Below are positions 27,311 through 44,104 of a DNA stretch of 64,000 nt, piece by piece (the stretch's first letter is position 1; each line of letters opens with the position of its first letter). The stretch is from the human T2T-CHM13v2.0 reference genome, Homo sapiens. The translations under genes and the position numbers were made by a program. The notes under the pieces were generated by a model. It was not told the DNA's origin. It was given only the letters and a program-made list of their open reading frames with translations, and did no database searches. The stretch lies in NCBI RefSeq assembly GCF_009914755.1, contig NC_060944.1; one strand, given 5' to 3'.

Positions 27311-30300
27311 ATTTTTTATTTTTATTGATATATCATAGTTGCACATATTTTGGGGGTATATATAATATTTTGATACATGTATACAATATGTAATGGTTAA
27401 ATTAAGTAATTGGATTATCCATCATCTCAAACATTTATCACATTTATCTTTTCTTTGTGTTGGGAACATTACAGTTCTCCTAGCTATTTTGAAATATACA
27501 GTAAATTATTTTTAAACTATAATTTTACTAGTCTGCTATAAAATGCTAGAATTTATTTCTTCTAACTGTATTTTTTTACCCATTTACCAACTTCTATTCA
27601 TGTCCTCCTCCCCACTTCCTTTCCCAGCCTCCAGTAACCACCATTCTATTCACTGTCTCCATGAGAGCCACTTTTTAGCTTCCAGTTGTGAGTAAAAACA
27701 TGTGATACTTGTCTTTCTGTGGCTGGCTTATTTCCCTTAACATAATGAACTCCAGTTAAATTCATGTTACTGCAAATGACAGGATTTCATTAATTTTATG
27801 GCTGAATACTATTCCATTATATATATATACTATATATGTATGTATACATTCATGTTACTGCAAATGACAGGATTTCATTTTTCAATGGCTGAATACTATT
27901 CCATTGTGTATATATACATTTATCCATTGATGGACACTTGGATTGCTTCCAAGTCTTGGCTATTGTGAATAGTGTTGTTATAAACTTAGGAGACAGATAT
28001 CTCTTTAATATACTGATTTCTTTTCCTTAGGATATGTATCCATCAGTGGTATTGCTGGATTATATAGTAGTTCTATTTTTAGCTTTTTGAGGAACTTCCA
28101 TACTGTTTTCCATAATGGCTGTACTACTTTACATTCTCAACAACAGCATATGAGCGTTCCCCTTTTTCTGCATTGTCACTAGCATTTGTTATTTTTGTCT
28201 TTTTGGTAATAGCCACTGTCATTAGGGTGAGATAATATCTTATTCGGGTTTTGATTTGCATTTCCCTAATGGTTAGTGGTGTTGAGCAGTTTTTCATATA
28301 CCTGTTGACCAGTTGTATGTCTTGTTTTGAACAATGTCTATTCAGATATTTTGACCATTTTTAAAATGGGTTATTTGTTTATTTCCTGTTGAGTTGTTTG
28401 AGTTCCTTATATATTCTGGTTATGAATCTCTTATTGGATAAGTAGTTTGCACATATTTTCTCCCATTTTTTTTACATTGTCTCTTCACTTTGTTAATTGT
28501 TACCTTTGCTGTGTGAAAGCTTTTTAACTTGAGGTAATCTCATTTTTGTTTTTGTTGACAGGGCTTTTGAGGTCTTATCCAAAAAAATCTTTGCCCAGAC
28601 CAAAGTCCTGAAGCATTTCCCAAATGTTTTTAGTAGTTTCATAATTTCAGATTTTATATTTAAGTCTTTAATCCATTTTGAGTTGATTTTCTTATATGGT
28701 GAAAGATGGAAATCTAGATTCTCCTGCATTTGGATATCCAGTTCCTAGCACCATTTAACTATCCCAAGGACAAAAAACCAAACATCGCATATTCTCACTC
28801 AGAGATGGGAATTGAACAGTGAGAACACTTGGACACAGGAAGGGGGACATCACTCACCGGGGCCTGTTGTGGGGTGGGGGGAGGGGGGAGGGATAGCATT
28901 AGAAGATATACCTAATGTAAATGACGAGCTAATGGGTGCAGTGCACCAACATGGCACATGTATACGTATGTAACAAACCTGCACGTTGTGCACATGTATC
29001 CTAGAACTTAAAGTATAATTAAAAAAAAAAAAGACTTTCCTTTTCCCAATGTACATTCTTGGCACCTTTGTCTAAATGAGTTGGCAGTAAATTTTTGGAT
29101 TTGTTTCTGGGTTATGTTTTATTCCACTGTTCTATGTATTTGTTTTTTCTACCAGTACCATTCTGTTTTGGCTACTATAGCTTTGTAGTATAATTTAAAA
29201 CCAGATATTGTGATGTCTTTAGCTTTGTTCTTTTTTCTAAGGATTTATTTAGCTATTCTGGGTCTTTTGTTGTTCCATATGAATTTTAGAATTGTATTTT
29301 CTATTCCTGTGAAGAATGTCATTGTTGTTTTCATAGAGATTGCATTTTAACAATATTAAATCTTCCAATCCATGCACATCTTTTCGTTTTATTTTGTGAT
29401 CTATTCAATTTCTTTCATCTGTGTTTTCTAGTTTTCCTTGTAGATATCTTTCACTTTTTTGGTTACATTTTTCCTAGATATTTTTATAGCTATTTTAAAT
29501 GAGATTGCTTTCTTGATTTCTTTTTCAGATTGATCATTTTTAATGTATAGAGATGCTACTGCTATTTGTATGTTCATTTTGTATCCTGCAACTTTACTAA
29601 ATTTATCAATTGAGTGTTTTGGTGGAGGCTTTAGTTTTTTTCTAAATATAAGATTATGTCATCTACAAACAAGAATAATTTTACTTCTTCCTTTTCAATT
29701 TTATTTATTTCTCTTACCAAATTGCTCTGGCTAGGACTCCTAGTACTATGTTATAATAAAAGTGATGAAAGTGGTCATCCTTTTCTTATTCCAGATCTTA
29801 ATGGAAAGGGTCCTATTTTTCCCCATTCAGTATGAGAATAGCTGTGGGCTTGTCATATATGGCCTTTTTTGTGTTGGTGTATGTTCCTTATGTACTCAGT
29901 TGTTGACAGTTTTTATCATGAAGGGATATTGAATTTTATCAAATGCTTTTTCAGCTTCTACTAAAATGATCATATAACTTTTGTCCTTGATTCTGTTTAT
30001 GTGGTGTATCATATTTATTGATTTGTATATGTTGAACCATCCTTGTAGCCTTGGAATGAATCCCATTTGATCATGATGAATGATGTTTTCATGTGTTGTT
30101 GAATTTGGTTTGCTAGCATTTTGTTAAGAATGATAAATCTATATTCATCAGGAATATTGGCCTGTAGTTTTTCTTTTCTTATATCTTTGTCTGATTTTGG
30201 TATCAAGGTAATACTGACCTCATAGATAGAGTTTGCAGATATTCCTTCCTCTTTAATTTTTAAAAATAGTTTGAGTCAAATTTGTATTAGTTCTTCTATA

Positions 30301-31795
30301 GATGTTTGGTAGAATTCATCGGTGAAGCCATTAGGTCCTGGGCTTTTCTTTGATGGGAGAGGATTACTGCTTCAATTTTATTTCTCATTAATGTTCTGTT
30401 CAGGTTTTCAGTTTGTGGTTCAGTCTTGGTAGGTTGTATGTATCCATGAATTTACCCATTTTTGCTAGGTCTTTCTGTTTGTTGGCATTTAGTTGCTCAT
30501 AATAGTCTCTAATGATTTTTCCTTCCTGTGGTATCAGTTGTAATGTTTCTTTTTTCATCTCTGATTTTCTTGAGTCTTCTCTGTTTTTTCACAGTCTAGC
30601 TAAAGGTAGTTGATTTTGTTTACCTTTTCAAAAAGCCATTTTTTTGTTTTGTTGATCTTTTATGTATTTTTTAATCTCAATTTTATTTCTGCTCTGATCT
30701 CTGTTTTTTATTTTTCTAGTTTGATTTGTGCTTATTTTTCTAGTTCCTTTAGATTGATAGGTTATTTTGGAGTCTTTCTTCTTTTTGATGTGGGTATTTA
30801 TTGTTATATACTTTCCTTTTAGTACGGCTTTTGATGTATTCCGTAAGTTCTGGTATGTTGTGCTTCCATTTTTATTTGTGTCAAGAAATTTTTAAATTTT
30901 CTTCTTAATTTCTTCATGGCCCATTAGCCACTCAGGAGCATGTTTTTAATTTCCATGTATTTGTACAGTTTCTAAAATTCTTGTTATTGATTTGTAGTTT
31001 TATTTCATTGTGGTCAGAAAAGATATGTGATATGATTTTTACTTTTTTGAATTTGTTGTAATTTGTTTTGTGCCATAACATATAGTCTATCCTGGAGAAT
31101 GTTCCATGTGCTGATGAAAATAGTTTGTTTTCAGTAGCGGTTGGATAAAATGTTCTGTAAATGTCTGTTAGGTCCATTTGGTCTAGAATATAGTTTAACT
31201 ATTGTTTCTTTGTTGATATTCTGCCTGGATAATCTGTCCATTGCCAAAAATGGGGTGTTGAAGTCCCATGCTATAATTGTGTTGCAATCTATTTTCTGCT
31301 TTAGATTTATTAATATTTGATTTATATGTTTGGGTGCTCCATATAAATTTACTATTGTTATATCCTCTTGCTAAATTGACCCCTTTCTTGTTATATAATG
31401 ACCTTCTTTGTCTCTTTTTACAGTTTTTGAGTTAAATCTATCTTATCCAAGTATAGCTAGTCCCGTTCTTTTGTTGGTTTCTGTTTGTATGAAATATCTT
31501 CTGCATCCCTTCACTTTCAGTCCATTTGTGTCCTTATAGGTGAAGTGAGTTTCTTGTAAGGAGCATTTAGTTAGTTCTTGTTTTTTTAATCCATTCAACC
31601 AGCCATTCTGTCTTTTAATTGGAGAAGTTAGTTCATTTACATTCCTTGTTATTATTGATAAGTAAGACATTACTACTGCCACTTGGTTACTTGTTTTCTA
31701 GCTGTTGTGTAACACCTGCCTTCCTTTTTACCTTTCTTACTATCTTCCTTTGTGGTTAAGTGATTTTCTCTTAGTATGTTTTAATTCATTGCTTT
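27311..31795 (-). mobile_element. L1MA (MA2-MA5 age), 3' UTR and ORF2, about 4.2 kb, decayed
   Basis: 3' UTR gcacatattttgggggta...; minus ORFs 30932-31177 and 31443-31682 translate to L1 endonuclease. Confidence 0.9.
28757..29032 (+). mobile_element. L1PA4/5-like 3' end inserted antisense into the L1MA
   Basis: G-rich tract, cctaatgtaaatgacgag, cctagaacttaaagtataat and poly-A. Confidence 0.92.
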
Positions 31796-32699
31796 ATATA
31801 GATTCTTCACCATCTTGGTCATTATTATGAACACTTTGGCTATGATAATGTAAGAGAAGCATGCCTCCAACTAATACTCACATTATTAACATGGTGATTA
31901 TTATGTGAATAGAAAAGTGGGCATTTAATTGGAGGATAAAATTGAATAAGTGTTTTAGAGGTAGTCTTTGAATCTTGATTGCCTTGCTAAGACTTTAGAC
32001 TTTATTTTATACAAAAAGACACCATTAAAGTGGTTTTTGTTGCTGTTGTTTAGTTTTTTTTTTTTATTTTTTTATTTTTTTTTTTTATTTAAGAGGAGAC
32101 TGATGTTATGCAAGCTGTGTTCCTGTGCTTACTGTGGTTAAACTAAAAACCTCTAGGGGCAAAGGAAGGTTATATTTAAAAACATAGGGCTTGAATAGGA
32201 ACAGAAGTTACTCAGGCAATGAAGCAGAAAAGCAGAGAAAAGATGAACCTGGTCTCCAGCACTTTAAAGGAAGAAATAATAAATGTGTTGGTAAAAGATT
32301 CAAAATTTTGCAACTGATGGATCATGGGAATAAGCAAATAAAATATGTGGTTATGAGCCAGAATGTTTTTCATTTTTTTTTCCTTTGTATTATTCTACTC
32401 ACAGGTATTCTCTAAAATTTACAAGTAAGTGAAAAAAAGCTTAGTTGAATTTAAGGAAACTGTAGAGTCCATTCTCATAACTTTTTTTCACTGAATTATT
32501 TTTCAGGACACCGTTGTGAAAGGAAATTTATATTGTGCATTATATCTATGCTTTGATTATTAGTTATATTTATGAGTAAACTGCAAATTTTAATTTTATT
32601 GAATTATATTTTAATTTTATTTTGGTCCAATGTTATGATTAATTTTCTTCTAGAAACGATTTCTATTTAAAAAACACCCAAAAGGAGGGGCCATCCAAC

Positions 32700-32990
32700 A
32701 ATTACCATTTTTTTATGTGCATGAATTTCCTGGGTCAGGATTTTAAACAAGAATGGCTTTTCTATATTTCATGATGTCTGAGACCTCACCTGAGAAGATT
32801 ATCGCTGTGATGACTTGAATTTCTTGGGGGCTGGCATTTTCCGGGAGTTTCTCAAGTTTAGCCAAGGAAGACTTGAGGCTTAGGGTGGCGTAACTTGAAG
32901 GCTGAGCTCAGCCAGGACTGTCAGCTTGAGCACTTACATGTGACCTCTCCAAATGGCTTGCAATTCCTCACAACATGGCATCTGGAGTCT
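32700..32990 (-). mobile_element. MLT1H-like MaLR fragment
   Basis: tgggtcaggat...atgatgtctg...gctgagctcagccaggactgtc...ttcctcacaacatggc. Confidence 0.6.
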
Positions 32991-33009
32991 GGGTTTGTAG
33001 CATGAAGGT

Positions 33010-36000
33010 GTTTTAACATGAATGGTTTTTAATATGAAGCATGGTAAATGTTATTAACAGACTTTTCTGCATCTATGGATTTGTGTGTGTTGAACCAAAC
33101 TTGCATCCCAGGGATAAAACCTACTTGAGTGTGTCGGATTAGATTTTTAATGTGGTGCTGGATTGGGTTTGCTAGTATTTTGTTGAGTATTTTTGCATCT
33201 ATTTTCCTCAAGGATATTGTCCTGAAGTTTTCTTTTTTTGTTGTTGTGTCTCTGCCAGGTTTCAATATCAGAATGATGTTGGCCTCATAGAATGAGTTAG
33301 GTAGGAGTCCCTACTCTTCAATTCCTTGGAATACTTTCAGCAGGAATTGTATCAGGTCTTCTTTATATATCTGATAGAATTCAGCTGTGAATCTGTCTTG
33401 TCCTAGGATGTTTCTGATTGGTAGTGTTTTCATTACTGAATCAACTTTGGAACTCATTAATGGTGTGTTCAGGGTTTCAGTTTCTTCCTGGTTAAATCTT
33501 GCGAGGTTGTATGTTTCCAGGAAATTACAAATTTCTTGCGGGTTTTCTAGCTTGTGTGCATAGAAATGTTCATAACAGTCTCTGATGGTGTTTTGTGTTT
33601 CTGTGGGTTAAGTGGTAATGTCCCCTTTGTAATTTCTGTTTGTGTTTATTTGCATCTTCTCTCTTCCTTCTTTATTAGTCAAGCTAGCGGTCTCTCAATT
33701 TTATTTATTCTTTCAAAAAATCAACTTATAGGTTTGTTGATCTTTTGTATGGTTTTTCATTTCACATCTCAGTTTCATTCAGTTCAGCTCTGATTTGGGG
33801 TATTTCTTATCTTCTGCTAGTTTTAGGGTTGGTTTATTCTAGTTTTTCTAGTTCCTCAAGATGGGATGTTAAGTTGTTAATTTCAGATTATCCTAACTTT
33901 TTGATGTGGATAAACTTTCCTCTTAGCCCTGCTTTAGCTATGTCCCAGAAAGTCTGGTATGTAGTTTCTTTATTCTCATTAGCTTCAAAGAATTTCTTGA
34001 TTTCTGCCTTAATTTTTTTGTTTACCCAGAAGTCATTCAGGAGCAGGTTGTTTAATTTTCATATAGTTGTATGGTTTTAAATGATCTTTTTAGTACTGAT
34101 TTCTAATTTTATTGTGCTGTGGTCTGAGAGTGTGGTTGGTATAATTTTGTTTTTCTTTTCTGATAATTGTCTTATGGCTGTGGCCAATTTTAGAGTATGT
34201 GCCATATCCAGATGAGAAGAATGTATAGTTTGTTGTTTTAGGTAGAGAGTTCTGTAGATGTCTGTTAGATTCATTTGGTCAAGTTCAAGTTCAGATCTGG
34301 AATATCTTTGTTTTCTGCCTCAACAATCTAATACTGTCAGTGATGTGTAAAAGTCTCTCACTATTATTGTGTAGTTATCTAAGTCTATTAATAGGTCTCT
34401 AAGAACTATTTTATGAATCTGGGTGTTCCTGTGTTGGATGCATATGTATCAAGATAGTTAAGTTTTCTTGTTGAATTAAACCCATTACTATTATGTAATG
34501 CCCTTCTTCATCTTTTATTTTTTATCATCATTTGTTTAAAGTCTGCTTTTTTCTGAAAGTAGAATAGCAACCTTTGCTTTTTTCTCTATTCCATTTGCTT
34601 GATAGATTTTTCTCCATTCCTTTGCTTTGAGCCTATGATTGTCTCTTGAGCATGTGAGGAGGGTCTCTTGCAGACAGCATATAGTTTGGTTTTTCTTTAT
34701 CCAGCTTACCACTGTATTCCTTTTAATTGGGGGCATTTCGCCCATTTACATTTAAGGTTAATATTTATATGTGTGGATTTGATTCTGTCATCATGTTGTC
34801 AGCTGTTTATTATGCAAATGTGATCATGTAGTTGCTTTATAGTGCCAATGGTCTAAGTACTCAAGTGTGTTTTGTAGTAGCCAGTAACAGTCTTACATTT
34901 ATATATTTAGCACTCCTTTAAGGACCTTTTGTAAGGCAGGCCTGGTGGTTACAAATTCCCTCAGCATTTGCTTGTCTGAAGAGGATCTTATTTCTTTGAT
35001 TTTGAAGCTTCAGTTCATTGGATATAAAATTTTTGGTTGGAGTTTCTTTTCTTTACATATGCTAAATATAGGCCCCCAATTTCTTTTGGGTTGGAGGGTT
35101 TTTGTTGAAAGGTCTGCTGTTACCTCAATGGGATTCCCTTTGTAGGTGACCAGCCTCTTCTCTCTAGCTGCCTTTAATATTTTTCATTTCATGCTGACCT
35201 TGGAGAATCTGATGAGTATGTGTCTTGAGTATGGTCATCTTGTACAGTATCTCACAGGGGTTTTCTGGATTTCCTGAATTAGAATGTTGGCCACTGTAGT
35301 GAGGTTGGGGAAATTTTTGTGAATGATATCCTCAAATATGTTTTCCAAGTTGTTTGCTTTCCCACCTTTTCTTTCAGACATACAGATGTGTCACAGATTT
35401 GGTCTCTTTACATAATTCTATGTTTCTCAGTTTTGTTCATTCTTTTTAATTCTTTTTTCCTTATTTTTGACTGACTGAGTTAATTTAGAAAACCAGTCTT
35501 CAAGCTCTGAGATTCTTTCCTTAGCTTTATTCTTCTGCTAATATTTGTGGCTGTGTTGTGACATTCTTGTAGTATACAGTTTTCGGCTGTATCAGATCGG
35601 TTTAGTTCTTTCTTAAAGTAACCATTTCATGTTTCAGCTCCCATATTGTTTTGTTGTATTCCTTAGATTCCTTGGATTGGGTTTAACTTTCTCCTGAATC
35701 TCGGTGGTTTTCATTCCTATCCATGTTCTGAATTCTATGTCTGTCATTTCAGCCATTTCTAAGAAATTAATGTGGTCATTTGTAGGGAAGAAGACACTCT
35801 GCATTTCTGAGTAGCCAGAGTTCTTGCACTGGTTATTTTTCATCTGTGGGGGCTATTGTTCCCTTAATCTTTAAAACTGCTGTCCTTTGGATGGGGTTTT
35901 TGCTTTTATCTTCTTTGATGCACTTGGGGGTTTGATTGTGGTATAAGGTGGATTCAGTTAACTAACTTTGATTCTGGAAGACATCAGTGGGCCAAAGCTT

Positions 36001-36350
36001 AGCTCTGCACTCCTGGGCTGCATGCTGTAATTCTAGAAGGCCAGTACTAGGTCCCCAGTTTCGTTGTCTGACTCCTCAAGATTAGGAACCTGGTGGGCTG
36101 GAGGGGCCAAGGTGTTCCCAGTCTGCTAGACCCAACGCTCCAATGGGAATGCCATCCAAAGTTTTTCATAGGGGCAGTGCCAGTGAGATCCATGGTTGCT
36201 TGTGCATGCCAGCAGCCATGGCAGTGCAGCAGGGTGCACACACGTCATCTGGAAAGGGGCACTGGTTGGAGCAGGTCATCAGTGGGGATGGGGTATCAAC
36301 AGGGGTGTTGTGTATGCACTTTCACTGGGGGAGGTGGCGGTGGTGGCTTT
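33010..36350 (-). mobile_element. Older primate L1 (L1PB/L1PA13-16 age): 5' UTR, ORF1 and 5' ORF2, lacking its 3' end
   Basis: Minus ORFs translate to [29 protein letters not shown] and ORF1-like pieces; GC-richer 5' region about 35990-36350. Confidence 0.88.
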
Positions 36351-36730
36351 TATGACCATTTAAAAGTAGAATATGTATATTGAAAAATGAGTTTATGTTT
36401 TTTAGAAGTTATTTTCATATAAAACTTTTAATTGCAGGGCAGTTAAAAAATTCTGTTAATATTTCCTTTAGATTAGCCCGTGTTTTTCCTGATTTCCTTT
36501 CTGATCCAATTATTCTACCCTGTCTACTGCCCATTTATCCCTGCAGTAAATACTCTAATAAACTTGAAGGCTGCTTTTCCTTATATAGGGAAAAGGGAAA
36601 AAAACACTCCTGTGGGTCCCTGTAATCATTCCCTGTCTGACAATACCTACCTGGTCTCATGTGGATCTAGAGTTTTCCAACATTTTTCCTAGAAACTCCG
36701 CTATAAAACATTGCTGTCAACTTCCTTTTC

Positions 36731-39571
<2,841 letters not shown>

Positions 39572-40115
39572 CAACTCCCTTTTCAAAATGGCTGATATTG
39601 TGTAGATTCCTGGTTTGGGGTAGTTTAACCTTCTTTTCTGCTTGTACCTAATGTTATCCTAAGGTTTGTATGCTCTGTTCCCCCATCAAAAATAGCTGAT
39701 AGCTCAGGTGATGGTGAACCAACCCAGAGCCCCAGGAGTTCAGAAAGAGAGAGGAGTGGAGGTCTCAGTAGTAAGTCAAGTTAGGAGGTCCAGGGAAGTG
39801 GAAAGTCAGTGCCAGAAATATTCAGTGGCAGAGAAAGCAAAAACAATATGGTCTGAGGGAGACAGGAGCAGGATTTTTGTTCTTGGAGCAATGTGGTGTT
39901 TGGGCTGCTACTTTAAGTTGGGTGCCAGACACAGAATTAAAAGATAAGAGAATACAACACAGCAAACAAAGAAACAAACAAAAATTATTTTATTTGACTG
40001 GTAGTAAGTGATGGGGCAAGGAGATGGAGAATGTAGTAAAATTACTGCAAATAACTTACAATATAGGTACAAATTTGTAGCTGAATAAGGCAAGAACTAA
40101 ATTTTTATATCTTAA

Positions 40116-40590
40116 GTATATTTTTAGGATTGCCATAACAAAGTAAAATGAACTTGGTGTTCAGAAAAACAACTGGGTGGCTTAAAACATCAAAAATGTA
40201 TTCCCTCACACTTCTGAAGATTATAAATCTGAAATCATGGTGTTGACAGCGTTGGTTCCTTTCTGGAGGCTTTTTCCCGGGAAGGTCTGTCCCATGGCTT
40301 TCTCCTAGCTTCTGTTGGCTACTGGCAATCCTTGGCATTGCTTGACTTGTAGATGCATCACTCCAATCTCTGCCTTCTTCACATGGCATTCTCCTCTCTG
40401 TGCATGTCTGTGTCCAAATTTCCCTTTTATTAGAGTGCCAGTTATTGGATTAGGCCCACCCTAATCTAGTATGTTCTCATCTTAATTAGATTAAATTTGC
40501 AAAGACTATTCCAAATAAGGTCACATATACAGGTACTGGTGGTTAGGACTCGAACATATCTTTATTGAGGATACAACTCAAACCATAATA
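40116..40590 (-). mobile_element. MLT1B/C MaLR LTR
   Basis: ggattgccataacaaa...ggcaatccttggcattgcttgacttgtagatgcatcactccaatctctgcc...ccaaataaggtcaca. Confidence 0.85.
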
Positions 40591-40725
40591 CCAAGATATA
40601 GATGAGTAGAAAAGACATGCGAATACTTTTCTCAGATTCTTTCAAGTCTTCCCATCTAGAATCATGGTTGACCTTAATATGTAGAGCCCAAAAACCCCAC
40701 CCATGAAATCTAGCTCTAAAAGTTA

Positions 40726-41101
<376 letters not shown>

Positions 41102-41180
41102 CTAGAAACTTGGGATGAGCAGAATATACAAGTGAAGAATGAAAAACCCCAAACGAAAATCTGTGGTAACAACTTGTGTC

Positions 41181-41628
41181 TGTGGTACATTCCATGGTTG
41201 TCCTCAATTATTACCCTTCGTTGCATCCATACCTTTGCTATAGTTTCATGAGAAGAGTGTATTTCCCAGCCTCTTGACTTTGACTATGAGACTTGCATAA
41301 GTCAGTGGAGTGGAGATGAGGTGATAGGGTGTCAATTCCAAATCACACAAGACCTAAAGCATTTCTGATTCCCTCTTACGTCTCTGCTATTGCCATAAAA
41401 ACAAGTTTGCTGGTGCGAGAATAAAGAAACACATAGAGCAGAATTGTGTCAGCCTCTCAACAGGACTGGAGTGAGGAGCATAGCCATCCTGGTGCAGTAG
41501 GCTGTAGCAGAGTCATTCATCACTGAGGATTCTCCAGGGACACCTGGGAGAAAAAAATGACTCTTTTCTTAAGACACCAAGTTTAAGGAAGCTTTATTAT
41601 ATAACATTATCATGGCAAGAACTGATAT
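41181..41628 (+). mobile_element. MLT1H-like LTR
   Basis: tgtggta start, agagtgtatttcccagcctcttgacttt core, aactgata end. Confidence 0.6.
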
Positions 41629-41904
41629 AGCAGTCATAGCATGAAACTTCAGAAGTCTTAACTTCAGTTATCTAGAATGCTTACAATTTTTTTAAAGGAT
41701 TAAAATAAATTAGACAATCTAGTACTTATACAAGAAGATACACATGTGGCAAATCAAGGGTTAATATTTCACACAACTGCAAGAGAATGTTAATATTAAG
41801 GGATAAAACTCTGGAGAAGAAGGAGAATCAGTAGGGCATGTCCAGTTGGAAAAAGTGCTGAAAATTAAAATGAAGAAAAAGAAACTGAAGGTTTTAAAGA
41901 TAGC

Positions 41905-42701
41905 TGTTTTAGTCTGCTTGGTCTGCTATAACAAAATGCTGTACACTGGAGGGCTGCTTAAGCAATATAAATTTATTTCCTACAGACCTGAAGGCTAGAA
42001 AGTCCAAGGTCAAGGTTCTAATAGGGTTCAGTTTCTGGAGAGCGCTCTCTTCCCAGCTTGCCAATGGCAGCCTTTTCACTGTGTCCTCACATGGCAGAGA
42101 GAGAAGGAGATCTCTGGTACTTCTTTCTCTTTAATAAGAATATCAGTTCTATCAGGTCAGGTTTTTAGCCTTATGGCCTCATTTCATTTTAATCATCTTC
42201 TTAAAGACCCTGTGTCCAATACAGTCACATGGCTGATTAGGGCTTTATCTTAGACTGTTTTCTGTTGCTTATAATAGAATATCTGAAACTAGGTAATTTA
42301 TATTAAAATTCTTACAGTTCTGGAAGCTAGGAAGTCCAAGGTTGAGAGGCTGAATCTGGTGAGGGCCTTCTTGATGGCGGGGACTCTCTGCAGAATCCCA
42401 AGGCAGTGCAGGGCATCACATAGCAAGGAGGCTAAGCCAGCTAGCTCAGGCATCTCTTCCTCTTCTTATAATGCCACCAGTCGTGCTCTGATGATAACCC
42501 TTTAATCCATTAATCAATAAACAGATTAATCCATTCATGAGGGCAGAGCCCTCATGACTCTTTCACCTCATTAAGGCCCCACCTCTCAATTCTGCCATAC
42601 TGTGGATTAAATTTCAACATCAGTGTAGGAGGGTACAATAATTCAAACCATAGAAGGCTTCAACTTACGAATTTTGAGGGAACACAATTCAGTCCATAGC
42701 A
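41905..42701 (-). mobile_element. MLT1A-like LTR hosting an MST LTR
   Basis: tgttttagtctgcttggtctgctataacaaaat...acacaattcagtccatagca; TSD atagc/ataac. Confidence 0.85.
42246..42655 (-). mobile_element. MSTB/C-like LTR
   Basis: attaatccattcatgagggcagagccctcatgac core; exact 5-bp TSD GGCTT (42241-42245 / 42656-42660). Confidence 0.88.
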
Positions 42702-44104
42702 ATAACTTACATAGCACTCGTGGTTCTGAATTCTTAAGTAATAGAATAAAGAAGATAAATAACTAATAGTAATAATAGTTCCTTACCTTGAGATGATATT
42801 TTATATTTTTCACTGTTTTATTTTCACAATAACTAATGTTCTATACCACAGTGGTGTAAATAATTACTGCCCTTATTGTATAAACGAGGAAGCCAAAATA
42901 TTTTACAAATGAGGAAAATGAGTGCTTTGTTTAAAGGGTAAGAATGATGACGACTCAAGAGTGTGGAAACCTAAAAAGCCTGAGTACTCACCCCCAATAT
43001 CCTTTTGTAATGATAGCTTTTAAAATCAGAGAATAGAAATCTGGCACCTACTATTACATAAGCCACTCCCATTCTGGACATTAGATTTGAGACGTTCTTC
43101 ATTTTCCAGGTTAATTTCAAAATCTGTCATTTTAGAGATGAGTGTACTGAGGTGAAAGAAGTTGGGTTGGCTTGTTCTAAGTCACATGTGATGAAATCTA
43201 GCTCCATCTTCCGAACCCATAGCACCCAGCTTTGACACCTTTAGCAGATATAAAGGTAACAGTAACTATTGCTAAACTATCAATTTTCACTTGTTGATTA
43301 GACATGATGACAAAGTGTATACTGAAGATTAGTAATAAATTTGCATTCTAACTGAGCCTGCAGGCTGACCAGTGCTAAAGTGAAGACACAATGAAGTGGT
43401 TGTGGGTAGATAGAAGTGGGAATTACAAAAGTTATCAGACTAATTAAAATCTGCTCAAAATCAAAATTAAAGTCTAATTCCTTCCAAAATTAGAAAGTTA
43501 TTCATTTAAATATATTAGATATATGTTTTCCATTTCTTTCTTTGTACATTGGAAACCATTTTGTATGCTCTGTGTACCAGGCATTGTGCTACAAGTTGCA
43601 CAAGAGTAGAAAACCAGACAAAATGCTTAAATATAAATAGCAAGTTGTTGGGGGTGGGGGACAGATTATTGAAAAAAACTAAAATGTGGGGACAAAATCT
43701 GTAAGTAACTAATTTCAAGAATTGAAAAAAATCTTCATACAGAATATTCTCACCTGATCATAGAGAAATTAGGTTCAGACATCTAAATTCACATATTTTC
43801 CACCCATGTCCTCATAACCAGGAAGCTATTGGTTAATGTTCTCCTGCAAAAGAAGAAGTAACACAAAGGACAAGAGAAGGAAGATCCAAAAAGGAGAGGA
43901 AACATGACACACAAGACCAGTGAATGGAAGCCCCAGAATGAAGCAAAGACACGTCCCAGGAAGACAGGCCTACAGAAAATATCTGGATTGGAGCAAGAAG
44001 GCAGTAGCTCTTGGACAAAGGTTTTCATGGGGAAAAAAGGAAGGAATTATTAGGTTGTCTATTATGATATGCCACTTGGAGTAAATAAATCTTCTAAGAG
44101 GTAT

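Noticed and set aside
24384-32424. Plus-strand mini-exon signals (24384-24404, donor near 25146, 32405-32424)
   Set aside because: Isolated splice-like motifs with no coherent chain; expected by chance in T-rich DNA.
42787-42840. Minus exon candidate ending aag|gtaagg
   Set aside because: Weak acceptor, and it lies in MIR-like sequence.
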